IMG/VR virus record: IMGVR_UViG_3300045391_003317
Coordinates: 6,720-70,719 of that record
From: a virus
Taxonomy: Duplodnaviria; Caudoviricetes
DNA: 64,000 nucleotides
Reading direction: 5' to 3' (one strand)
In this document: positions 39,582 through 48,875 of the stretch, piece by piece
Layout of the letters: each line of letters starts with the position of its first letter
Numbering within the stretch: position 1 is the first letter of the stretch
The notes under the pieces: generated by a model
What the model was told of the DNA's origin: nothing
Seen by the model: only the letters and a program-made list of their open reading frames with translations
Database searches by the model: none
Program-made: the position numbers and the translations under genes

Positions 39582-39590
39582 CGCTGTGCT

Positions 39591-40967
39591 ATGACGACGT
39601 ACTACGCATCAATTCGCACCGGCAGCAATGCGAACAACGGTACGACGTACGCACTCGCCAAGGCGAACATCACAAACGCCTTGGCACTTTGCGCCGCCGG
39701 TGACAGCGTCAAAGTAGCCCCGGGCACCTATCGTGAAAAAGTAGCCAGCGCGGCGAACGGTACCGCGGGCAACCCGATCACGATTATCGCCGACCGAACC
39801 GGCGAGAGCACAGACGGCATCGGCGGCGACTGCAGGGTAACCGGCAGCGACAACGACACGAGCGCGACCCGTACCAATGGTTTCGCGATCACGCACAACT
39901 ACCACACGATCCGCGGGTTCAACATTGACACGACGACCGACGTCGGGATCTCGTTCAGCAGCTCGGCGAGCAACGGCATAGTTGAGGATTGCTGGGTATT
40001 TCTGACGCCGACCCAGTGCGTAGTATTCAACGGCGCCGGCACGAACACGGTTCGACGGACAATCGGAATCTTTAAAGACGAGTTCGTCCAGGCAAACGAT
40101 AGCAGCGCCTCTACCTGCAACGTCGAGAATTGCGTCTCTATCGTGCTCGGGACCGGTGGCTCACAGATCCACTACGATGCGCGTGGCACGATGAACGTCA
40201 CGGACTGCACCGTGCTCGGTGGCGACGTGGGCATATACTGCCCGTTCGCATTCACGGCGACTGTTCGTAACACAACGTTCTCGGCGATTGGCACTCTGTT
40301 CCTCACCGCAAATGCTAGCGCGGTGATCAACTACGCTTACTGTAATCGTTGGCTCAATACGACGCTGAGCGATACCAGCGGCGGCGGCACCGTAACGGAC
40401 GGCGGAAACAACACGAACGTGTCTATGTTCATGACGCCGTTCACGCAGCTACTGGATGCGTCGCCTGTCGCGCCGTTTGGTCTGCATCCTGACTGCACGC
40501 TGCGGGACAAGACCGACAACGCGGCTGCGCCAACGGATGATTTCTACGCGCGCGCGCGAGCACCGACGAACGCTCTCAGAGACTGGGGCGCCGTCGATTC
40601 GCTGTCCTACGGTATTTGCGGCCGAGAGTCGAGCACCGTTCGCACCGGCAGCTACTCTCTAAGTATCCTCGGCTATGGCTGCGAAGAAAAAGAAGTCGCG
40701 GTCGTCAACGGGACGCCGATCAATGTGAGCGCCCGCGTTAAGTGGGAGAGCAACGCAACGATCGGGACGAAGCCAAAGATCACGCTGGACGGTTGCGGCC
40801 TCGCGTTGACCGCTACAGCTACCGGCGACGGCTCGACCGACTGGGAAAAACTTTCCGTATCTGGCACGCCAACGGCTACGGGTATCGCGATCCTGAGGCT
40901 CTGGAATCAGCAGACCGACACGACGAAGCGCAAGGTGTTCTTTGATGATGCCTCGCCGATCGCGTGA
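39591..40967 (+). CDS. Right-handed beta-helix (pectin lyase-like) virion protein
   Basis: AGDSVKVAPGTYRE, GTAGNPITIIAD, ITIRGFNI. Confidence 0.75.
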   Translation: MTTYYASIRTGSNANNGTTYALAKANITNALALCAAGDSVKVAPGTYREKVASAANGTAGNPITIIADRTGESTDGIGGDCRVTGSDNDTSATRTNGFAITHNYHTIRGFNIDTTTDVGISFSSSASNGIVEDCWVFLTPTQCVVFNGAGTNTVRRTIGIFKDEFVQANDSSASTCNVENCVSIVLGTGGSQIHYDARGTMNVTDCTVLGGDVGIYCPFAFTATVRNTTFSAIGTLFLTANASAVINYAYCNRWLNTTLSDTSGGGTVTDGGNNTNVSMFMTPFTQLLDASPVAPFGLHPDCTLRDKTDNAAAPTDDFYARARAPTNALRDWGAVDSLSYGICGRESSTVRTGSYSLSILGYGCEEKEVAVVNGTPINVSARVKWESNATIGTKPKITLDGCGLALTATATGDGSTDWEKLSVSGTPTATGIAILRLWNQQTDTTKRKVFFDDASPIA

Positions 40968-40979
40968 CGCGGCGGGCTC

Positions 40980-43808
40980 ATGGCATTCCCGTTCATATCA
41001 ACCCAGACAGGAGGCAATAGCGGAGCTAACGCAACCTCGCACACCATAAACCTGCCGGCAGGGATCGGTGTTGGCGACCTGCTGATCGTTGTCTTCTCGA
41101 CAGACGGAGACGCCGGGACGATTAGCGGCTGGCCGAGCGGTTGGACGTCGCTTGTAGCGAAGACCAACGCGCAAGCGTGCACGCTCGAGGTCCGTTACAA
41201 GATCGCAGACGGCACGGAAGGCGCGTCGTTCACTCTCTCGACGACGAATAGCGAGGGTAGCGCACACACCTCGATGAAGATTCGTGGGCATGATTCGTCC
41301 ACGAATGCGCCGACAGTTGGAACGACCGCGAACGGTGTCGACACAACGCCCGATCCGCCGAACTGCAATCCTGGCAGCGCTAAGGATTATCTCTGGATTG
41401 CTGTTGGCAGTCACGACGGGAACGTCAGTGTCAGCGCGGCGCCTGCGAATTACACAGATCTTAGAGAAGACCGTTGGGCCAACGCCAACGGCTCCGGATC
41501 GTTCAAAGCAACCCGCAATCTGAATGCGACCCAGGAAAACCCTGGCACATTCACGATGGGTTCGGATGGGTGGATCGTAAACACGATCGCGGTCCACCCC
41601 GGTTCCGAAGGACTCAACACCGAGACTCCGACACAATTTCCGAACGCGATTGATCGGCGTGCCTATCATGCTTCTTCGCAGCTCGCAGCGGTTCTTTGCC
41701 CGCTACTCATTGCGCCGCCTGCCCCCGCCCTATCATCGACCTACTTCCCTGAACGAATCCATCGGCTCACATACCCGGCGAGCGAGCAACAGACGTTCGC
41801 GACGGATCCGCGCCCGCCGCCGCTACTTCCGCCACTCGATATCAATCTCGGCAATCACTGGCGATCTGGCTCTGCGCTACGTACACTCAATGCGGGCGCT
41901 GGCACGGGAGATTATTGGCGATCCGGCTCCGACCTAACGAGTCTCAATCCGGACGCGCCGCTACCGTCCACTGTCTATCCGGACCGCGCCAATCGAGCCA
42001 ATTATCAAGTCTCAGAGCAGTCGTATTGGAGCTACGGCGCACCGCCGATCTCATCGGCGCCGTTCGTTCAGACAAGCGGGCTCACGTGGTATCCGGATCG
42101 GGTTGATCGATCCGTCTATCAGACCGCCGAGCAATCGGCGTGGGTCATCGGCGCGGTTCCGATCGTTGCGGCGCCATTCGTTCAGCAAGTCCAACTTGTC
42201 TATCATCCTGACCGACTCGATCGACCGTGGTACGCGGCTGCACAGCAAGCGTACGCGGCAAGTCTTGCCCCGAAACCAGAACGTACACGACCTCTCGAAA
42301 ACGTCGATTATCCGAGCCGACTCGACGGCAGATTTTATCGGGTCGATCAGCAGCTAGCCGCCTCCGAGATTTCGCCGCAGCCTGAGCGCACGAGCTCGCT
42401 GGTTGCGGTCGAATATCCGTCTCGGCTCGATGGGCGCTGCTACGGAGTAGGGCAGCAACTCGCGGTAAGTGAGCTCCCGCCAAAGCCGGAGCGGACGCGC
42501 CCTCTCGAGGACGCAGAGTATCCGCTACGCCTTGATGGCAGGTATTACCCGACTACCGAGCAGCTTGCCTCCAATTGGATTGCGCCGCAGCCTGAGCGCA
42601 CCCGTCCGCTTGAGGACGTCGACTACCCGTCACGGCTTGATGGTCGATTCTATCCGACCACGCAGCAGCTCTTTGTAACGGAGCTCTCGCCGAAACCGGA
42701 ACGGACTAGTCCGCTTGCGTGTGATGTCAATCCGGACGCGATCGAGCGGCGTGTCTATCCGGTAGCCGAGCAGAATCCGTTCGCGTTCGTCAGTGTTGTT
42801 GTCGCTGCGCCAGCGCCTACACAATTCGGCGCGGTCTATCCGGATCGCCTCACGCGCCCGACGTATGCAGCACAGCTGCAGCAAGCGGTCGTATTCGGTG
42901 GTCCGCCGATCGCGGCCGCCCAATTCACGCAGCAGGTCGAGCTCGTTTGGTATCCGGATGGCGTCGTCCGACCAGCGTACCTGACAACGCAACAGCTCGC
43001 GGTCACAGAGCTTTCGCCTCAACCCGAACGTACCCGCCCGCTTGCGGACATCGATTTCCCTGAGCGTGTCGAGCGACGCTACTACCCGGTAAGCGAGCAA
43101 CTTGCCGTCACTGCGATCTCGCCGCAACCGGAACGCAAGGCGCCGTTTGATGACGTCACGTTCCCGGAGCGCGTTGAGCGTCCACGCTATCCAGTAACTC
43201 AACAGCTCGCTGCAACGGAGCTATCTCCCAAACCTGAACGGACCGCAGCACTCGAGCCTGACTCGTTCCCGGCGTATGTCGATCGCCGACTCTTTCCGAC
43301 GACGCAACAGCTTGCCGTTACGGAGCTCTCTCCAAAGCCCGAACGCAAAGCTACTCTCGATGATATCCAGTTTCCGGACTGGATTACTCGACGCCACTAC
43401 TCGGTAACGCAGCAGCTTGCGAGCACCGAGTTATCGCCCAAGCCGGAGCGTTCGCGGACCCTTGATTCGGTCGATTATGTAGCTCCCGACGCGATCTATC
43501 GTCCGACGTTTCCGGCGGTCGAGCAGCAGACGGTCGCGTTCGTACGCCTCGTTATCCCGGCTCCGGATCAGTTTGCGCCCGTCTATCAGGACTGGATCAA
43601 CAGACCCGAATCGTGGACGCAGCGGCAAGCGCCCGACGCGCGCCCGATTGCGCCGCCTGCGCCAGTCTCGACAGGACATATTACTGCTGGGCACCCGGAG
43701 CTCGTCAACGTCATCACCACCGGCGCCATGCAGCTCGTCAACGTGATCGTGCTCGGACCGTTCGAATACGTGAACGTCATCACACTGACCAGGGCCGTCG
43801 ATGAGTAG
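40980..43808 (+). CDS. Large virion protein: N-terminal beta domain plus about 18 repeats of about 35 aa
   Basis: NLPAG..VGDLLIV..GWPSGWT N-terminus; QL.VTELSPKPERT.PL...YP.RLD.R.YP..Q repeats. Confidence 0.8.
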   Translation: MAFPFISTQTGGNSGANATSHTINLPAGIGVGDLLIVVFSTDGDAGTISGWPSGWTSLVAKTNAQACTLEVRYKIADGTEGASFTLSTTNSEGSAHTSMKIRGHDSSTNAPTVGTTANGVDTTPDPPNCNPGSAKDYLWIAVGSHDGNVSVSAAPANYTDLREDRWANANGSGSFKATRNLNATQENPGTFTMGSDGWIVNTIAVHPGSEGLNTETPTQFPNAIDRRAYHASSQLAAVLCPLLIAPPAPALSSTYFPERIHRLTYPASEQQTFATDPRPPPLLPPLDINLGNHWRSGSALRTLNAGAGTGDYWRSGSDLTSLNPDAPLPSTVYPDRANRANYQVSEQSYWSYGAPPISSAPFVQTSGLTWYPDRVDRSVYQTAEQSAWVIGAVPIVAAPFVQQVQLVYHPDRLDRPWYAAAQQAYAASLAPKPERTRPLENVDYPSRLDGRFYRVDQQLAASEISPQPERTSSLVAVEYPSRLDGRCYGVGQQLAVSELPPKPERTRPLEDAEYPLRLDGRYYPTTEQLASNWIAPQPERTRPLEDVDYPSRLDGRFYPTTQQLFVTELSPKPERTSPLACDVNPDAIERRVYPVAEQNPFAFVSVVVAAPAPTQFGAVYPDRLTRPTYAAQLQQAVVFGGPPIAAAQFTQQVELVWYPDGVVRPAYLTTQQLAVTELSPQPERTRPLADIDFPERVERRYYPVSEQLAVTAISPQPERKAPFDDVTFPERVERPRYPVTQQLAATELSPKPERTAALEPDSFPAYVDRRLFPTTQQLAVTELSPKPERKATLDDIQFPDWITRRHYSVTQQLASTELSPKPERSRTLDSVDYVAPDAIYRPTFPAVEQQTVAFVRLVIPAPDQFAPVYQDWINRPESWTQRQAPDARPIAPPAPVSTGHITAGHPELVNVITTGAMQLVNVIVLGPFEYVNVITLTRAVDE
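41620..43620 (+). repeat. About 105-bp degenerate tandem repeats inside CDS 40980-43808
   Basis: Recurrent ...CCCAAACCGGAACGCA.../...TATCCG..CCGACTCGA... units. Confidence 0.75.
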
Positions 43809-44163
43809 CAACACGATCAAAATCAAGCGCGGCGACAAGATCCGGTTCAATCTGACGATCAAGCGCAATGGCGTGCCGATGCCGCGGTCGACGATCGAGA
43901 ATATCCGGATGACCGTGAAACGGAATGCGGCAGACCCGGATCCTGGGCTCGCGCAGATCTCGCTAACCGGCGGCGGCATCACGCTTCTCGATGACACCAC
44001 GGCGAAGTATCAATATTTCATTGACAGGGCAGTCACGGCGACATTCCCACCTGGCAACCTCTCTTACGATTGCCAGGTTGACCCCGTCGATGGCGATACG
44101 GAGACACCGATACTCGATTCGATCGTGGTGTCCGCAGACATGACGAGAACGTATGGGCCATGA
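43801..44163 (+). CDS. BppU N-terminal-like Ig-fold protein
   Basis: IKRGD..FNLTI...FPPGNLSYDCQV. Confidence 0.65.
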   Translation: MSSNTIKIKRGDKIRFNLTIKRNGVPMPRSTIENIRMTVKRNAADPDPGLAQISLTGGGITLLDDTTAKYQYFIDRAVTATFPPGNLSYDCQVDPVDGDTETPILDSIVVSADMTRTYGP

Positions 44164-44309
44164 TCCTCCTTGGTCGCCTCTCCTTCGCCGCAGTCAAGAC
44201 GGTGGCTGTGCTGACGGTGCTGTTCGCCGCGGCGGCGTATGACGATGCGGTGGAGCGCATCAAGAAATTGAGGCGGTTTGGCGATCTTAAGATCGGACCA
44301 TCATCATGA
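44160..44309 (+). CDS. Small single-TM protein
   Basis: ATGA overlaps at both ends. Confidence 0.45.
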   Translation: MILLGRLSFAAVKTVAVLTVLFAAAAYDDAVERIKKLRRFGDLKIGPSS

Positions 44310-44578
44310 TCACGATTACGGACGCGAAATCGGTGAATGGTGAAGCGTCTTTTCGTGTCCACGGGATGCGGAAGGATTACCGATATCAGATTCACTGCGA
44401 ACGATTGCAGCTGTCCGAGGTCGTTTTCGCCATCGAGGATCCAGAACAGTCGGTGTTCATTCCTCTGGAGAATCCAGGGGACGGCGTCGTGCATATCCGT
44501 GTGCTCGTCGAGGTCCCGGAAAAGCACGCGATGCTGCTCGAGGTATTCGACGATGATGTGAGGTTCGTTAATGTCTGA
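44306..44578 (+). CDS. Hypothetical protein
   Basis: Coupled ORF, 90 aa. Confidence 0.55.
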   Translation: MITITDAKSVNGEASFRVHGMRKDYRYQIHCERLQLSEVVFAIEDPEQSVFIPLENPGDGVVHIRVLVEVPEKHAMLLEVFDDDVRFVNV

Positions 44579-45173
44579 GCACATGTGGCCGTTCATCCAA
44601 GCCAAGCACTTCACTTTGGCGAACCGTTCGGCAATTCGGCTCATCGTAATCCACTCGATGGAATCGCCGGAGAAGCCGGACACAGCCGAGGCTGTAGCGA
44701 TGTGGTTCGCCGGTCTGCGCGGAGAAGCACCCCGCGCCTCTGCGCATGCGTGCGTGGACAGCAATTCGCTGGTCCGTTGCGTGCCGCCGGAACACGTCGC
44801 ATGGCACGCACCCGGTGCTAACCGAGACGGTTATGGCATCGAGCATGCCGGCGTTGCGCGACAATCGGCGGAGCAATGGGCGGACGAATACTCGCAAAGC
44901 ATGCTGCGGATTAGCGCCCAGCACGCGGCAGAGATTTGCCATCTATATCACGTCCCGGCGCTGAAGCTTTCGCCGGCTGATTTGATCGCCGGCAGGCACG
45001 GTATCTGTGGGCACGCCGATGTGAACGCTGCGTATCATCTGAGTTCTCACTACGATCCTGGGCCGCATTTTCCGTGGTCGCAATACATCGCCATGGTCCG
45101 CGAGAATCTCGAGCGTATCGAGACCGGCGAGGAGCTCGACGCGCGCGACCCCGACACGGAGCCAAGGACGTGA
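44571..45173 (+). CDS. Endolysin, N-acetylmuramoyl-L-alanine amidase (Amidase_2)
   Basis: IVIHSME, ASAH, AWHAPGAN, GIEH, GHADV, HYDPGPHFPW. Confidence 0.92.
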   Translation: MSEHMWPFIQAKHFTLANRSAIRLIVIHSMESPEKPDTAEAVAMWFAGLRGEAPRASAHACVDSNSLVRCVPPEHVAWHAPGANRDGYGIEHAGVARQSAEQWADEYSQSMLRISAQHAAEICHLYHVPALKLSPADLIAGRHGICGHADVNAAYHLSSHYDPGPHFPWSQYIAMVRENLERIETGEELDARDPDTEPRT

Positions 45174-45601
45174 GCGACAAGCGCGACATCGAGCTGAGCG
45201 ACTCTCTCGTCGAAGAGCTATTCGGCGTCCAGTCCGAGGATCGCGAAGAGCCGCGGCATTCCGAGACCGAGCCGGCACCTGCGCCAATCATCTGGCCCAC
45301 CGTCGAGCCGCCATGGGCTAAAGAGCTCGAGCGTCGAACAGAGGAACGTGACAATCGCAGATTTGAGCTCTTTCAAAAGGCGATGGAGAAGCATGCCGAA
45401 TCACTCGAGAAGTGGGTGGAGCACTACGCCGAAGGGATGCGGATCCTCGTCGAGGAGACGCGCAAGACTGTCAGCGAGGCGCGCAAGATCGCTGCTGATG
45501 AAGCCCGCCGCGTTGCCAAGGAAGAGGTAAACCGGATTCTTGATGAGAGGGAATCGCGCGCCGGTCATACCCATCGGACCGGTGAAAAAGGATCCGAATA
45601 A
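45170..45601 (+). CDS. Hypothetical coiled-coil protein
   Basis: GTGA overlap. Confidence 0.55.
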   Translation: MSDKRDIELSDSLVEELFGVQSEDREEPRHSETEPAPAPIIWPTVEPPWAKELERRTEERDNRRFELFQKAMEKHAESLEKWVEHYAEGMRILVEETRKTVSEARKIAADEARRVAKEEVNRILDERESRAGHTHRTGEKGSE

Positions 45602-45604
45602 ATC

Positions 45605-46129
45605 ATGGCCGACCCGGTCGGAACAATCCCCTGGATCTTGACCGCATTGGGCGGCGCAGTAAGCGCGCTTTTCGGCTACCTGAACAAGGAAAAGGCCGAG
45701 CGAATCACGGATCTGAAAGCCGACAAGACGGGGATCAAGGCGGACGGTGACGCGAAGCTCGAGGCTGAGAAGAAAGAACGCGAGAGAGAAAAAGCGGAAC
45801 TGCAGGCTGTCATCAAAGCACTCGGCGAAAAGCTCGACGCAACCCGCGAGAAACTCGAGAGCGAACGCCGCACTGTGGCAACGCTTTTGGTCCATTCGCG
45901 CCGCGTTCCTGAACAACCAGAAGCGTGGGAAGCCGAGATGCCATCGCAGGTGCAAGCTCTCGCACAAGTTGCGCCGACACTCGAGAGCCGCAGGGCACTC
46001 GATGAACGCGCGCTGCAGCGGTACACGCAAGGCAAGGATCCGTACGCCTCAAGCGATCCGCCACCAATCCCCGAGCCGCCGCCGGTGCCGCAGATGCGAA
46101 AGCGGACGCCGTCACGTTCAGACAGATAG
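45605..46129 (+). CDS. N-terminal TM + coiled-coil protein (lysis module; spanin/holin-regulator-like)
   Basis: IPWILTALGGAVSALFGYL followed by a charged coiled coil. Confidence 0.55.
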   Translation: MADPVGTIPWILTALGGAVSALFGYLNKEKAERITDLKADKTGIKADGDAKLEAEKKEREREKAELQAVIKALGEKLDATREKLESERRTVATLLVHSRRVPEQPEAWEAEMPSQVQALAQVAPTLESRRALDERALQRYTQGKDPYASSDPPPIPEPPPVPQMRKRTPSRSDR

Positions 46130-46141
46130 GAGATCATCACA

Positions 46142-46297
46142 ATGGAAACACTAGTCGTAATCATTCTTCTCTGCGTTGCTGTGATTCTGCTTGGAGCCAT
46201 CGCGCCCAAGCCAATCGGCTGGGTAGCCATCGGGTTCGCTGTTCTTGCGTTCCTGCTCGCTGTGCTCGGTGGATTTTCGATCCACGTCGGAAGATGA
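46142..46297 (+). CDS. Small two-TM protein (holin/antiholin candidate; not in the ORF track)
   Basis: AGGAG RBS; METLVVIILLCVAVILLGAIAPKPIGWVAIGFAVLAFLLAVLGGF. Confidence 0.65.
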   Translation: METLVVIILLCVAVILLGAIAPKPIGWVAIGFAVLAFLLAVLGGFSIHVGR

Positions 46298-46581
46298 CCC
46301 CAGACGAACTTGATCGCCTCAAAAATGAACTGCGCGCCGAGTTCAAGCAAGAAATCGCCGCGCTGAAAGCGTGGACCAAAAGACGCATCGAGAAGTCGAT
46401 CGAGAACGTGAAGTGGCATACGGCGGTTTGGTTCACGCAAGCAATGCGCGGCGGAGCAACTATATCCGCAATGATGGGACTCAAGAAAGCCGAGGAAGCA
46501 TTCCTTAAGTCTGTCGACGAGGCGGAGAAGATAGCCGGGCGTGGTGAGCTTGATGACGGGAACGGAGATGACGATGCTTGA
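46294..46581 (+). CDS. Hypothetical protein
   Basis: ATGA overlap. Confidence 0.55.
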   Translation: MTPDELDRLKNELRAEFKQEIAALKAWTKRRIEKSIENVKWHTAVWFTQAMRGGATISAMMGLKKAEEAFLKSVDEAEKIAGRGELDDGNGDDDA

Positions 46582-46831
46582 CAGTTTACTTTCGCTTTAC
46601 AATCGCGAGCCCCTAGTCATTCGCGGCGTCATCGTTGCTTTCGCTGCTGCGCTTGCAAGCTTTGGTCTTAAGATGACTGGCGCCCAAATCGGCAGCGTTT
46701 GGTTGCTGACCGAAGCGGTGTTGACCGTCATCAGCCGCGCGTCGGTCTATTCGCCGCATGCGGTGCGAGCTCTGAAAAACGAAGTCATCGCGGCGCGGAG
46801 TGCGGCGGCGGAGGAGGTTACAAGGCCGTGA
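46568..46831 (+). CDS. Holin-like protein
   Basis: REPLVIRGVIVAFAAALASFGLKMTGAQI..V..RASVYSP; two TM. Confidence 0.65.
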   Translation: MTMLDSLLSLYNREPLVIRGVIVAFAAALASFGLKMTGAQIGSVWLLTEAVLTVISRASVYSPHAVRALKNEVIAARSAAAEEVTRP

Positions 46832-47097
46832 CCGCGCGTGCAGCTAATGTAGTCGCATTGTCGATGATCTTTCTGGTGCTATGCGTCTGGTATTCGCTGC
46901 GTTGCGAGATTCGCCAGATCCACGCGGACGCGAGGGCTATCATAGATACGCTTCGGTATGAGGCGAAGCAGTCAGAGCGGATCGCTGACATTCAGGCGCG
47001 GTGGCTCATGCAGCAGGATGAACTAAGCGCGAAGGACATGATCTTTTTGGATCGGCTCAACAAGAAGCTCGACCGTGAGAACGAGGCGCAAAGATGA
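46828..47097 (+). CDS. TM + coiled-coil protein
   Basis: GTGA overlap; N-terminal TM. Confidence 0.55.
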   Translation: MTARAANVVALSMIFLVLCVWYSLRCEIRQIHADARAIIDTLRYEAKQSERIADIQARWLMQQDELSAKDMIFLDRLNKKLDRENEAQR

Positions 47098-47699
47098 GCT
47101 TTACCGATGCCGTCATCGCCGCCGCACTCAGCCTACCCGCCCCGACCTACCGCGACACCCCGCCGGAAACGCCGGAGCAGTACAGAGCTCGCGTTTCTCT
47201 TATTGGCGAGGTCGTTGCCGACGAGACGACCTCGTTAAAAACCGACCGTTACGCGGTCGCTGCGGCTGTCCTGGTGACGTTCCGGTTCGAAAGCGCATTC
47301 CGGCTCGAGGTCCACTCCGGAGCCATCAGAGGCGACCACGGTAAGGCAATATGTCTATCTCAGCAGTGGCAGAACAGCCTATCCCGCGCCGACTGGGAAG
47401 CCCTCGCCGGAATATCGCCAGAGGCTACCCGCCGTTGCGTCAGGATGACCATAGAAACGCTTTTGCGGGCTCACCGCCACTGCGCGCGGGACGTCACCGC
47501 CGGGCTCACAGAGACGGCTGTGGCGCGGGCGTTCCGGCTCCTTGGAACCGGTCGGACTTGTGAGCCTGGCCGTGGAGCTCTCCGGCGTGCTGCCGAATGG
47601 AGGCGGGTGCTAGCGAGCCTTCGTGCCCATAGAGCGAGCCAAAGCGAAATTAGAATTGCCGGAAACGCAGGTGGCTTGCCGGACAAAGTCAGCGAGTAG
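47094..47699 (+). CDS. Lysozyme-like/lytic transglycosylase-like protein
   Basis: AVLVTFRFESAF..GDHGKAICLSQ resembles SLT E-S and G.S.GL.Q motifs. Confidence 0.55.
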   Translation: MSFTDAVIAAALSLPAPTYRDTPPETPEQYRARVSLIGEVVADETTSLKTDRYAVAAAVLVTFRFESAFRLEVHSGAIRGDHGKAICLSQQWQNSLSRADWEALAGISPEATRRCVRMTIETLLRAHRHCARDVTAGLTETAVARAFRLLGTGRTCEPGRGALRRAAEWRRVLASLRAHRASQSEIRIAGNAGGLPDKVSE

Positions 47700-47878
47700 C
47701 GTTCCAGTCGACTACTTTTGCGACACGGAGCTAAGCCGAGATTTTTGCGGAAACACGGAATGCATGTCGGCTTTTTGAACTTGCCGCCGTTTGAATAAAA
47801 CTCCTCAAGCGCCTTCGTTTCGCCGCAAGCCTTGCAGCGTTTTTGCGCTGGCACCGTATCCTCTGATACCGTCCCCAT
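47471..47878 (-). CDS. Zn-ribbon protein (HNH/EndoVII-type N-terminus only), possibly truncated
   Basis: Strong AAAGGAGG RBS; KRCKACGETKALEEFY...CIPC; 3' half antisense to 47094-47699. Confidence 0.5.
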   Translation of the reverse strand: MGTVSEDTVPAQKRCKACGETKALEEFYSNGGKFKKPTCIPCFRKNLGLAPCRKSSRLERYSLTLSGKPPAFPAILISLWLALWARRLASTRLHSAARRRAPRPGSQVRPVPRSRNARATAVSVSPAVTSRAQWR

Positions 47879-48120
47879 CGTCGGGACCTCCTTTCAGGTT
47901 TCGACCACGTCCCCGGCTGTTTCAGCAGCGCGGGGACACTCGTTTATAGCAGATCCCTCCCTCGCCCGTGCGTCCCGATGGGCGCGAGTAATGGCCCGCC
48001 TGTAAAACATTTCCGCCGCCGTCTTCCTCCCCGACGTTGCGGTCACGGCCCGTCAGTGTCCCCTCGCACTGGCGGGCCGATTCTTGTATTATGAGGTCTG
48101 CCACGCGCGGAAGTGCGTAA

Positions 48121-48152
48121 GCCGTCCGGTCTTAGGATCGGGCGGCTTTTTT
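48121..48152 (+). terminator. Rho-independent terminator
   Basis: GCCGTCCGGTC-TTAG-GATCGGGCGGC-TTTTTT. Confidence 0.8.
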
Positions 48153-48239
48153 GCGTTCAGTCCGCCGTATCTCCCCATCCAGCACTTGGCGGATCCACAC
48201 AGACAAATTGACCCGCTGCTCGTCGGCGGCGCGTTGCCA

Positions 48240-48602
48240 TCAAGACGCCGCGTCAAGCACGGAGCGGATCCATGCGGTGAGGTTTTTGCCGGCATCTTTT
48301 GCCGCAAGCTCCCATTCTCGCCACTGCTCGGCCGACGCGGACAGCTTGACTCTTTTTGATTTGTGTTTGCCGCTTGCCCGCGTACCGAATCCGTGCAGTC
48401 CAGGTCCGTGCTTCCGGTGCCATTCGGCGTGATGAATATCGCATAGCCATCTGACCGTGAGCGGCTCTGCGTAATCGTCGTGATGCGCTAGCGCGTTGCT
48501 GTTTCCGCACTTTTCGCACTGCGCCGGCGTCAATTTGCCGGTCCGGATCGCATAGGTGACCATTGCGTGCGCCCGGGCCTTGGTGATTACCTTCTCGGTC
48601 AT
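48240..48602 (-). CDS. HNH-like + RHH-like fusion protein
   Basis: CEKCG...HHDDYAEPLTVRWLCDIHH; C-terminal RVKLSASAEQWREWELAA..AGKNLTAWIRSVL. Confidence 0.7.
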   Translation of the reverse strand: MTEKVITKARAHAMVTYAIRTGKLTPAQCEKCGNSNALAHHDDYAEPLTVRWLCDIHHAEWHRKHGPGLHGFGTRASGKHKSKRVKLSASAEQWREWELAAKDAGKNLTAWIRSVLDAAS

Positions 48603-48811
48603 CTGCGCCTCCTCTTAACCGAAAGAATCAACTCCAGCCCCAGCGCCTCGCACAGCCCCCGCAACGCCCGCACCGTAATCCCATCGCCGCGCTTCTCTGC
48701 CCGCGCTACGGCGGCCTGAGAGTGTCTAATGCGCTCCGCAGCTGCCTCCTGTGATAGCCGCGAGTGGTCACGAACGGAGCGGGCGGGATTGTTGAGATCG
48801 AGTGTTGCCAT
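48599..48811 (-). CDS. XRE-family HTH regulator
   Basis: LSQEAAAERIRHSQAAVARAE..ITVRALRGLCEALG. Confidence 0.8.
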   Translation of the reverse strand: MATLDLNNPARSVRDHSRLSQEAAAERIRHSQAAVARAEKRGDGITVRALRGLCEALGLELILSVKRRRR

Positions 48812-48875
48812 GTTGGGCCCACGCTGCGCCGTGATGCGCGTGCCGGCCTGATGCCGGGGCGCGGGCTGGTCATTC

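Noticed and set aside
47880-48152. tRNA or attP-associated tRNA fragment
   Set aside because: No T-loop GTTCGA in a cloverleaf context and no CCA end
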